DNA from: Hydrolagus colliei
Lineage: Eukaryota
Direction: 5' to 3'
Assembly (NCBI GenBank): GCA_035084275.1
Contig: CM068763.1
Coordinates: 10,912,001 to 10,976,000 of the forward strand
DNA length: 64,000 bases
Position 1 is the first letter of the stretch. The number at the start of each line of letters is the position of its first letter. Below, piece after piece: positions 35,271 through 46,378 of the stretch. A program made the position numbers and the translations under genes. The notes beneath the pieces were generated by a model. It was not told the DNA's origin and did not search any database. It was given only the letters and a program-made list of their open reading frames with translations.

Positions 35271-36919
35271 CACTGTAAAATTTTAAATCCACATTGGATT
35301 CTAGTTACCAGAGCAGTTCCCCTGGCCTGAGTTGCCCCCCCCCCCGCCCCCACACAAAACTAGCCTCAATTTAATCTGGTAAATAAAACAATAATGTGTC
35401 CCCAAAACCCCCTTCCGATAGTGATCAGCTAGGCTTTGACATTCTAATCAGCACATTCATCCTCCCTTCAAACTTTCCCACAGCTTGAGCTGGTGCTGGG
35501 AATGTGTCATCGGTGGGGGAAGGAGCGCATGTCTCCTTATCTACCAGAAAAGGCTGCCTCTTGATTGGAAATGACAACAAACAAGAGTGAATGGCCTTTC
35601 TCTCCTGGCACGTTGTTGCAATAAGACCTTGGCTGGAAGCCGTTGGTGGTGAGGCTGAGACGCATTGTGATTGTGAGTGTGAAGGTCCTGGGGGGTAGAG
35701 AGGAGTGAGCCGAGTTTTGTAATCGGGACATTACGTTCCCTGGCAGGAGCTCAAGTCCTGAAGCTTCTCTGCACTTTGCAACAAGCGCAATGTAAAATGT
35801 TGCACAATTAATCCCAATTAAAAAAGAATTCCATCGTCCGTTAGCTTTGCAGAATTGATCCAATTGACTAGGTTTCTACAGTTCTTTAGAAAATCCACAA
35901 CAATTCAAACACAGTCAATCCTCTTTCATGGTGTATTCCATGAAGCGCTTTGAGATGTCTCAAAGACCCGATAAGGCACTGTGTGAAACGCAATAATTAT
36001 TATTAAGATTTCTTCACACGGAAGATGCGGTCCCTGTTCTTGTTCAACCAAACCCAAACAGAGTTGACGCTAGGTTAATTATCTTCAGCCTCGAAGAGAG
36101 ATGATCCATCGCAGAAATGAGTCCAGAGAATGGATTAAAATTAGACTGGGAGGGGGTGGGGGGGTTTGTCAGAGATCTGAACGACAGCAGCGAGGTGGAG
36201 AAATAGCCTCTTCAGGTTTTATCAGGTTCCTGGTTTTGCTTCATCTCAACAGCTGGAACCTGCTTTAACCTTATCAAATGCGATGATGTGGTGCAGACGT
36301 TGGCATTTACATCCACGAGAGGTTCAGTCTCATTGTCACTCTGCAGGAAGATATCATTGTCGTTCTGTGCAGTCACGTTGTTACTTCCCAAGCTGGTGAA
36401 ATGTTGACATTCCTCACCTCAGCACCAGATAACAAAGTGAAGCACGAAAAGGTCATTAAATATTTCTTTCGTCGTTTGTACCGGTTATTGATAATGATAA
36501 TAATAATCCCTTCGAAAAAGAATTGTAATCAATTGGTTGCCGCGTTTCGCCCACAGACTGTACTGTACGGTCAGTTCACTTTACAGTATGTTCTGTGAAG
36601 CGCTTTGAGACGTCTTGAAGACGTGGTAAGGCGCTTTAACAAATACAAGGATTATTATTGAGAGGAACAATGTTTCGGTTAAAGGAACATGTTACCTTGG
36701 GTTTGCCAGGTTTTCACGAATAGCTGTAAATCAAAAGTGGTCTTTAAAGCAGTCAAAGTGACAGAATTCACAGAATAAGCCTAATGCTGTTCACCAGTTA
36801 ACGAGAGCCAATTAAGCCTTTTTGTGGGTGGCTGTTAAATTTTAATGGTGGAAAAAAAAGACCCATGCAGTTTCACGAGCAACAGTCCCAGTATTTTACT
36901 CTCCATATTCCATCATAGA

Positions 36920-37075
36920 AACATAAAAACAGGAGTAGGTTGTTCAGCCCCTCGAGCCAGTTCCACTATTCCACTATAAGATCATGGCTGATCTGTAACT
37001 CAAGTCCAAATTCCCACTTTGCCCCATATCCTTTAATGCCCTGACCTAACAAATACCTACCCTGAACTCTACCAA
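36920..37075 (-). mobile_element. CR1-type 3' fragment
   Basis: AGGAGTAGGTTGTTCAGCCCCTCGAGCC..AGATCATGGCTGATCTGTAACTCAA. Confidence 0.7.
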
Positions 37076-37369
37076 TAATTGGCCAGAATGTTTGTTTGGA
37101 GAGCACACTGGAGATTAAGATGTCTTACATAGCCCTCATGCATGGCACACACTGCAATATCCCACTGTTCCCTGTTGCATATCTTATTGTTTCACTGTAC
37201 ATTAAAGCACATTGTTTGAAAAGCAGTAAAACAGTAAGAAAATATCCAGATCGTAACAAAATATACATTAATGTGGGATTTCAGTTTCTTCGCCCAGCAA
37301 TTAAATCTCTCGCTTTTACATGAAACCCTAAATTACTTGTTAAATTGGAAGACAGGACCATTCATTCAT

Positions 37370-37635
37370 AATCCAGGCAGGTCATGGCGAAACCTTGGGC
37401 AAGTTTTCTTACTCCACACACCTAATAATAATCCCTTTTAAAAAAAATAGTAAAATTTGTCATTTCAATCCATCACTGGTTGTGAGACATTGCTGTGCGC
37501 AAATGGCTGCTGCGTTTTTACCCACAAATGTACAGTCAATTCACTTGACAGTATATTCTGTGAAGCGCTTTGAGACGCCTAGAAGACATGAAAAACGCTA
37601 TATCAAAATGCAAGGAGTAATTTAATTATTATTAT
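37370..37635 (+). mobile_element. 5'-truncated SINE
   Basis: Family body and tail. Confidence 0.8.
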
Positions 37636-38055
37636 TAATTGTCCTCCTCACTGGATGGTTATAGAGTATTCCAATTGATTATTTGGACTAAATATTTATT
37701 AAGGGTGTGGACGTTTACACAGCTCCGGTTTCTTTGAGGTACAGTTTGTTTTTTGTGTTCTTTTCTTTCTGTTTCCTGAGAACAGATTTGTGAAGAATTG
37801 TTCGAGTGACACATTTCGCTCGGCTCTCATATGTTTGCTATTGTTCCAGTCAGAGTCAAATAAACAAGGAGGAGACATAAACAAACATGTTGAGTGTGGG
37901 AAAGAAACAAGCCCAGCCAGATCAAAGAAGCAAGTCAAATATAACACCTTAATCCTGTCCAAAAATGTATACTGCTATCAACTGGACTTACTTGTGTTTA
38001 GCTATCCGTGTCAAAAAAAATTTGGACTGTTGGCTGGGTGGGCGTCTGACAAATG

Positions 38056-38388
38056 GAGTCCTGTAGCTCAGTGGTTAGAGCACTGGCCTCGCAAGCGAGA
38101 GTCATGGATTAAATTCCAGGCAGGGTGAAACCTTGGCCAAGTTTCCTTCCTCCACACGCCTGATAATCCTCATGAAAACCCCCCACCCACCCCAATAATA
38201 AATTGGTCATTTCAATTCACGACTATTTGTGGGGGGGGGGGGGGGGGATGCTGCTGTGCGCAATTGGCTGCCGCGTTTCGCCCACAAATATAGACACAGT
38301 CATTTCGCTTTACAGGGTATTCCGTGAAGCGCTTTGAGACATCTAGAAGACGTGAAAAAGAGCCATATCAAATTCAAGGATTATTATA
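38056..38388 (+). mobile_element. tRNA-derived SINE, full length, with poly-G expansion
   Basis: Head, body with a G-run at 38231-38247, and tail. Confidence 0.88.
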
Positions 38389-38599
38389 CGTGTGGAAGTC
38401 CGTCACCGTTGCTTCGGAGATTCCAAACCAAGGTTTGGTTTCCACGCATCCCATCTACACATGGAAATTCCAGAGAAAGATTGTTGGAATGGAATGCTAA
38501 CTCTCTATCCTGCCCTCCTAATTGCAGAATATATAAAACAATATAATGAAACCGTGATGTTTTGCTTCTGGTGTAAATCAGACTCAATACATTTTGCTG

Positions 38600-39430
38600 T
38601 CTTGTGTGGCATGAGAATAATAACTCTTGTATTTCAGATCGTGCTCTATCGCATCTCCGAGACGTTTCACAAAGCGTTTCAGAGAATATACTGTGAAGTG
38701 AATTTGACTGTGCTGCATATTTTGTGGGCAAAACGCAGCGTTTCAGCCGCGAATCGCATCCAAATCAACTCACATCCTGTGCTTCACCAACCCTCCGTGA
38801 CTATGTATTTTGGCCACTAATCTTTTCGTGCCCACTGCCAAATTTCACTGCACAGCCCGAAATTAAATCTGCTGGGTAAATTATATGGAATACAATTTGA
38901 AGTTTCCCCTCCTTTGTGGTTCTTGACAGAGAAATAGTCAGATATCCTTACTGATGTCTAGGGACGGCTTAGTACACATTCTAACCACTTCTCCCATAAG
39001 ATAATAATAATAATAATCAAATAATAAGCATTTGATACAAGGATTTCACATTTTATCGTCGTCTCAAAGCGCTTCACAGAATATACTGCAAAGTGAATTG
39101 ACTGTACGTCTGTGGGCGAAACAATTTGTGGCAGTCAATTGCGCACAGCCGTGTCCCCACAAACCGTCGTGGATTGAAATGAAAATGTTTTATTATTGTG
39201 GGGTGGGTGGGGGGGGGGTTTGAGGGGCTATATTAAGAATAATAATCATAATCCTTGCATTTGACAGAGCGCCTTATCGCCTCTTCGAGACATCTCAAAG
39301 CCCTTCACAGGATGATATTGTAAAGTGTAGTGACTGTGTGTTTTATAAGGTTGAAACGCGGCAGCCAATTGCGCACGGCTGATGTCCCACCAACAGCTGC
39401 GGATTGAGTGGCCAAATTATTGATTTGTGA
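38600..39430 (-). mobile_element. Three minus-strand SINE body/tail pieces
   Basis: 38600-38760, 39000-39230 and 39240-39430. Confidence 0.75.
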
Positions 39431-40516
39431 TTTTATTTAATTTGAATATAATCATGTTTAATAATCCTAGCATTTTGGATATTAGCGCCTTATCACGTCT
39501 CAAAGCCCCTGGGATGGTGGGGTGGGGTGGGGTTGAGGAGAGGACACTCTGTGAAAGTGGACTGACTGCATTTTCTGTGGCCGATGGAAACATGAGGGAA
39601 GATGTGAGGGAGAGGTTTTGACAGGTGAAGGGAGGCGGGTTTGATGGATGTCACGGATCTCCGGCTTCAGCAGTTTCTCACGCCGGAGGGTCAATGTTCT
39701 GTTCACATCACCAACCAGTCTGTGGGCTGCCTCACTCTAACCTAGTGGTTAATTTGCTCACAGTGGTTGAGAAGTAACAGCAGCAAGAGAGACACACACA
39801 CACACACACGCACCGCTCTTGTGAGAGGAGACGAGAGAAACAGGGGGGAGAGAATGTGAAAGTGGAGGGTGGGGGAGAGCGGGGGTGGGGAGAGAGACAG
39901 ACGCAGAGGGAAAACGTGGATCGATGTTATTTGACAGGAGTTGGACAATGAAAGCTCAGAGGGAGAGACTGGGGCTGAACCACAGAAACGCTGTCAGAAG
40001 AGAACCAGTCAAAGTGACCACATGAGAGAAACAAGAAGAGACTTGCAAAGGAGTGGGCGTTGGGTGGGGGTGTGTGTGGGGGGGGGGGGGGGGGGGGAGG
40101 GGAGAGAAAAATCTAACAGCTCACAAACAAACCCTCGAGCTCGTCACTGGCAACTGGGAACAGCTGAGAAAGGACTCCAGTCAGTGACAGAGAGCGAAGC
40201 GAGCGAGGAAGAGAGAACAGAGTGTACAGACACAGACAGACAGAGAGAGCGCGCGCGAGAGAGAGAGAGCGCGCGTGAGAGAGAGAGAGAGACAGAAAGA
40301 AAGAGAGAGGGAGAGGACTAGAGAGAGGAAGAGGAACGAGAGAGAAAAAGGGAGCATTAAAAACCAACCGGAATCTCCTACACTTCGACGAGAAAACCTT
40401 TCGGTATCAAGGCAGAAGGTCGGTGTGGAGAGGCAGGCTTGGAAACGTGTGGTATCTCTCGAATTTCACTTCAAACTCTGGTTAAACTCACTTCGAGTCC
40501 CAACATCTCACTCAGC

Positions 40517-42016
40517 ATGAAGCGATTCTGCGAGGAGGAGAACTGGAAGAGTGATGCGGAAGAGTTGATAGACGTTGGCAAAGAGGAGAACTATTGGTGA
40601 GTATTTTATTTTCTGTCCGTCCTCTTATCGCTCTCAACCCTTCGTGCAATAATAATAATCGTGATCATTCTTATCGCATCGTTAAGACGTCCCAAAGGGC
40701 TTCACAGAACATAGTGTAAAGTGAATTGAGTGTGCGTTTTGTGGGCGAAACGCGGCAGCCAATTACACAAGGCAGCGTCCCTCAGTCAGTGATAGATTGA
40801 GTGACCACATTGTAATATTTTGAAGGGATTAATACCCTGCCTAAAGCGAACTCAGGTCCATTCCCAGCAAGTGCTCTAACCACAGGACTCCACTCAAACA
40901 ATCCCAGTCATCCACAGCAAACTCTTGTGAAGCACTTTGCTTGAGACGCCCTTCTGATGTGAAAGGCGCTTCATCTGAACGCAAGATGATCAACTTCAAC
41001 GGTGTGAGTTTTGTTGGGAAATCTAGATTTTAAATTGTCTTCCGCCACCCACCCCCCACCCCCCACACCCCGTACCCCCACACCCCCCCCACCCCCCTTC
41101 CGTCCCTCCCCCACCCAAGCGGATAATCGCAGAGTGAATTTGTTAACAAAATAAATCCTACGCTTGTGTCAGAGGTTTGCGAGGACTATCGTGTTTGTGT
41201 CGCAGTAGAGTTACAGCTCTACCTCCCAGATGCGGTGGTGTTCCCAGCATTCTAAATACGCTTGATCTTTTAACCGCATAAAGCCTTTGGGCCTGTGGGC
41301 AAACATAATGTTTGCCAAAAACACTGTGACCTCCCCTTTCGGGGATGGGCATGATGGGTATTTGTTGGACTAACTATAGGGAGGCTGAGGTCCAGCCGGT
41401 GAAAGCTTCCCCGCAGTCATCCCCCCAAAACACACAGTCACTACACTTAACCGCAGCTGGGTGGTTAGAGCGCTCGCCTCGCAAGTAAGTAGGAAAGATT
41501 AATGGATTGCTTTGGGATTGAAATGAAATGTCATGAACGAACGGCGTCCCCGTGTGAGTGCGTTGATGATACACGTAACTATACAGTAATAATTGGGTCG
41601 CACAATTCACGACTGTTTGTGGGGGGGGGGACGCTGCCGTGCGCAAAATGGCTGCGTGTTTTCGACCACAAAAATACAGTACAGTCAATTCACTTTGCAG
41701 TGTATTGCGTGAAGCGCTTTGAGACACAGCCTAGAAGACGTGAAAAGCGTTGCATCCAATGCGAGGATTATGATTATTAATATTTTTCTACATTTTTCGT
41801 CCGCTTCGTTGTCTTGCAGTCAAGTGTCCAGTTCAATTTCAGCCACCGCAACTCCCCACGTCCTGGCTCGGAAAAGAAGGCGCGGGGTAAGGATATCTCT
41901 CCGCTGAGAGCGACCCAAATTGCTTGTTTTTTTATTCCCAGTACATTTGTTGACCTATCTCTGGCTATTATTATTCTATCTTTGGCAACTTTCCTTACTC
42001 CACACACACACACACA

Positions 42017-42062
<46 letters not shown>

Positions 42063-44140
42063 CTCTGTTTACCTAGTACTGTAGCAAGTTAGTCTTTTGG
42101 CAGATCTGTCTATATACAGAGGCAATAAACTCTTTACAAAAAATTGCTGTACTATAAATTGGTGGGATGCTTCAAAATCGGCTGCCGCGTCTCACCCACA
42201 AAATGTACTCAAGACGGTTTGTAATCTGTGAAGGCCTTTGAGACATCTTGAGGACACGATGGGGTGGCTGGCTGTATCAAAATGCAAGGGATCGTCTTAT
42301 TATTATTATTCTCGTCATCTATTTAAAATATAACGAAATACGTTTCCTTGTAGATTATAGAAAAGAGGCGGCGGGATAGAATTAACAACAGCTTGTCTGA
42401 ACTCCGGCGTTTGGTCCCGACAGCCTTTGAAAAACAGGTAATTTCACCTCAGATGAGTGTGATTTTCAGCGTTCAGCAGACGTACCAACAGTTTATCCTC
42501 GAACAGGCAGCGTTCGGAATATCCTGGTACATTACACAGCTCTGTGGGACACCGCTGTGCGATTGTCTGCTGTGTTTCACCCACACAATCCGCAGCCAAT
42601 TCACTTTCACGGTGTATCCTGTGAAGCGCTTCGAGACGTCTCAACAAGGTGATAAGGGGCTTCTTATCGGGAGTGGTTAGAGCGCTCGCTCTACAAGCGT
42701 GAGACCTGTGTTCGAATCCAGGCAGGTCAGGGCGAAACTTTGGGCAAGTTTCCTAACTCCAGATAATAATCCGTCCAAAAAAACAACAACACAATAATAA
42801 AAATTGGTCATTTCAATCCACGGCTGTTTGTGGGGGACGCCGCTGTGCTCAATTGGCTGCCGCGTTTCGCCCACAAACATACAGTCAATTCACTTTACAG
42901 TATATTATGGGAAGCGCTTTGAGACGTCGACAAGATGCGAAAAATGCTGTATCAAAATGCAAGGTTGATTATATTATTATTATTATTTGTTTCCTTATTC
43001 TGTCGCACAGGGAACTTCGAAGCCGGAAAAAGCAGAGATCCTACAGATGACGGTTGAGCATCTGAAACTACTCCACGCAACAGGAGGGAAAGGTAACACA
43101 GGAAAATGCAACACACACACACACACACACCGCAGTGTCCAACTTCAGCCAGTCTCATGAGTCCCTTAAAAATATAAAGCAACGTCATATTAAATAGCTC
43201 GAGCACAAACAGCCCTAATGGTGTTGAGGAATTCTCTACCCCCCCAAAAGGCTGTAGATGCTCAGTCAGTCCTTGAACATATTCAAGACTGAGATTGATA
43301 GATTTCTTATGGATAACGGGATTCAGGGATGTGAGGATAAGGCGGGACAGGTGGAGTTAGATTAGAAGATCAGCCGTGATCTTATTGAATGGCGGGGGGG
43401 GGGGGCAGGCTCGAGGGGTCGAATGCCGCACGATATACTGTAAAGTGTAAAGTGTAGTGACTGTGTATTTTTAGAAAAGTCCGCCCCTTATGATTTGCGT
43501 TAACCCTGACACTCTGCTGTTCTCTCTCCGGACAGGTTACCCCGAGCCCGGTTTGCTGGCTGTGGATTACCGGAGCGTGGGCTTCAGGGAATGCCTGGCC
43601 GAAGTCATGACCTACCTGGGCTCGCTTGACCAAGGCGAGGGTAGTCACGGTTCCAATCCGCTGAAGGACAGGCTCGTGTCTCACCTCGCCAACTGCGCGT
43701 CCGACACCGAACCCACCCCAGCTCCAGACCGGGCCTGGGCCTGGGCTTGGCCTTGGCCCTGCCGCCCTCTGACGGCTTTACTGCCGCGCGCCTGGGAGGC
43801 GGCTCGACCGCCGAGGGGAGAACTCGCCCACCGCGACCGTCTCCCCGCCGAGTTGTCGCGGCGCGGGGCGTGGCCCGGCCTCACCTCCGCCTTCCCCAGC
43901 GTCCGGTCAAACGCGGCGTCGTTACCCGGCCTCACCGCATGCCTGGGGATGAACTCGCCCTCGCCGTGTCCCCCCTCCCGTCTCCACGCCGTGCGTACGG
44001 CCGACCCGGCCGGCCCTCTGTCCCTCGGGCCCTTCCAGCCCGCGTCGCCCTTCAGGCTCCGCGCGTTTGAGCAGACGAGGAGGAGCCCGGGCGCTCGCAA
44101 AACCAACAGATCGTGGACAACCGAGATCGGAGCTTTCTGA
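40517..44140 (+). CDS. HEYL: Hairy/enhancer-of-split related with YRPW motif-like bHLH-Orange repressor (~305 aa)
   Basis: Exons 40517-40596 ([26 protein letters not shown]), 41820-41886 (..ARKRRRG), 42354-42437 ([28 protein letters not shown]), 43011-43092 ([27 protein letters not shown]), 43536-44140 (Orange [20 protein letters not shown]; ends SWTTEIGAF*). The 918-nt join is open. HATGG, AWPW and a degenerate YxxW favour HEYL over HEY1/HEY2. Confidence 0.9.
42671..42987 (+). mobile_element. tRNA-derived SINE in HEYL intron 3
   Basis: Near-consensus copy; the tail ends ~25 bp before the exon 4 acceptor. Confidence 0.88.
43215..43425 (+). mobile_element. CR1-type 3' fragment in HEYL intron 4
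   Basis: CAAAAGGCTGTAGATGCTCAGTC..TTCAAGACTGAGATTGATAGATTT..AGAAGATCAGCCGTGATCTTATTGAATGGCGG. Confidence 0.7.
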
Positions 44141-45787
44141 ACCCGTCCAACGGGATTGCGAAACACAACCAGCCCCGGGGACGCAGATTATTATGTAGTC
44201 TTGCCTGACACTCGTCAGTGTTATTGTTGTTGTATCACCTCACGCTCATTAAAGCCCAAATGTTTTTGCGTCTCTATATTCTATACTTCCGTGTCCCTAT
44301 CAGGTTCTTCTGAGTCTGTTCCTCTGTATCTTATAATCCTTGTGGCGTTTGAGACTGCGCCTTCATATACACCAACCAGCGTTTCACCGTCAACCCCGCT
44401 AGATTGAGACTCGTACTTTTCAACGAAACTTGGGTAACAGCAGAATAGGAGAATTCTGTAAATATAGAAATAGCAGAATAAATAAAATAAGGAAAAGGAG
44501 GGAGGAAAGGGATATAAAAAAACTGCTTAGAATAGTAATAACAACAGTCAATCTTGTATTTGCTACAGCGTCTTTCACATCAAGAGAGTGTCTCAAATCG
44601 CTTCACAGGGTACATTACAAAGTGTGACTGTTTTTTGGTGGGTGAACCCCCAAATTTGTGGACAGCGACATCACAAACAGGCATGAAGTGACTGAGCAAG
44701 GGCTGAAGGGAGGGAGAAAGACTGGAATGACGGGGGGTGGGGGGGAAAAAGGTGGTTACACGGGTACATTAAATTCTGACACTGAATCAGGACGGTACTT
44801 TCTGATACCAACCACACTGAACGAGCGCTGCAACCACCAGTAAGAGTTCAATCGCTGGGAGCTTTGACCTAAAGGTGTCAGCAGCTGAACAAATCAAATG
44901 TAAAAATAATAATAATAATAATCCTTGCATTTGATATAGAGCTTTTCACATCTTATCGACGTCTCAAAGCGCTTCACAGAATATACTGTCAAGTGAATTG
45001 ACTGTGTATTTGTGGGCGAAACGCGGCAGTCAATAGCGCACAGCAGCGTCCCCCCTCCACAAGCAGTCGGTGGATTGAAAATGACCGGTTTTTATTTAAT
45101 TGGGATTCTTTTGGACGGATTACTATTCGCAATCGCCACAAGAGAAGAATAGAGCTAACTAAACTCGGTAACTTGCCGCTGGGCAAATCGGTTGGATTAC
45201 GTTTGGCTTTTGGAAGAGATCAGATTAATTTCCAAAGCACTGCAGCCAACTCATCATTCAGAGAGAAGACTTGAGAACCCCAGAGTGGCTGTTGGGGTGA
45301 CCGCGAGGGAGGTGAACCAATTAAAACTGCACAGTTTGCCACCGAGAATACTGTCTGGCAAGCTTCCCACAGCTTTTATGCAAGGATTATCATTGTTATA
45401 TTATTATTATTGTCAAGGGTTGTTAAGGTACAAATGAAACAATTATTACATTATATTTTTATATGATTATTATTAAAGGTTATGAAGATGCAAATGCAAA
45501 TATTATTATATTATTATATTATTATACTCTATTGTTGTATTATTATATTATACAATATTATATTATTACATTATTCTTTTATTTTATTATATTACATTAT
45601 TAAGGGTTATTAATGTGCTGATGGTGGCAGGCTCTCAGTGAGGCTGCAGTGTCCACACCGGCCACTGGGGGGCGGCAGAGAGAGAGACAGAGAGTGTCGT
45701 AAAGTCTGATTTTTACAGCAGGCCGTAAAGTGTGACTGTCAGTGGGGGAGGGGGTGGCCTTCCGGAAGGACAGAGAGAGAGAAGGTG

Positions 45788-46200
45788 NNNNNNNNNNNNN
45801 NNNNNNNNNNNNNNNNNNNNNNNNNNNNNNNNNNNNNNNNNNNNNNNNNNNNNNNNNNNNNNNNNNNNNNNNNNNNNNNNNNNNNNNNNNNNNNNNNNNN
45901 NNNNNNNNNNNNNNNNNNNNNNNNNNNNNNNNNNNNNNNNNNNNNNNNNNNNNNNNNNNNNNNNNNNNNNNNNNNNNNNNNNNNNNNNNNNNNNNNNNNA
46001 NNNNNNNNNNNNNNNNNNNNNNNNNNNNNNNNNNNNNNNNNNNNNNNNNNNNNNNNNNNNNNNNNNNNNNNNNNNNNNNNNNNNNNNNNNNNNNNNNNNN
46101 NNNNNNNNNNNNNNNNNNNNNNNNNNNNNNNNNNNNNNNNNNNNNNNNNNNNNNNNNNNNNNNNNNNNNNNNNNNNNNNNNNNNNNNNNNNNNNNNNNNN
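45788..46200. other. Assembly gap (413 positions, N except a lone A at 46000) just upstream of the MACF1 ATG
   Basis: Seen directly in the sequence. Confidence 0.99.
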
Positions 46201-46212
46201 TCCACCCTCCTG

Positions 46213-46378
46213 ATGTCAAGCTCGGATGAAGAAGAGAGTGTGAGTGAGAAGTCTGGAAGTCTCTCGCCATGTCCTGGCGATACATTGCCTTGGAATCTCT
46301 CCAAACACCAGAGGTCCAAGAGACAGAGGCAAGATTCGGTGTTGGACCCAGCAGAGAGAGCAGTCGTCAGAGTGGCTG
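46213..46378 (+). CDS. MACF1: Microtubule-actin crosslinking factor 1, alternative first coding exon (MSSSDEE type)
   Basis: MSSSDEEESVSEKSGSLSPCPGDTLPWNLSKHQRSKRQRQDSVLDPAERAVVRVA, then G|GTAAGA (phase 1). Matches the recalled human MACF1 N-terminus (GSLSPCPPGDTLPWNL..DSVLDPAERAVVRVA). Downstream common exons were not found in the window. Confidence 0.9.

Noticed and set aside
35537-35863. 108-aa minus-strand ORF
   Set aside because: No homology recognised; the region looks more like non-coding regulatory DNA.
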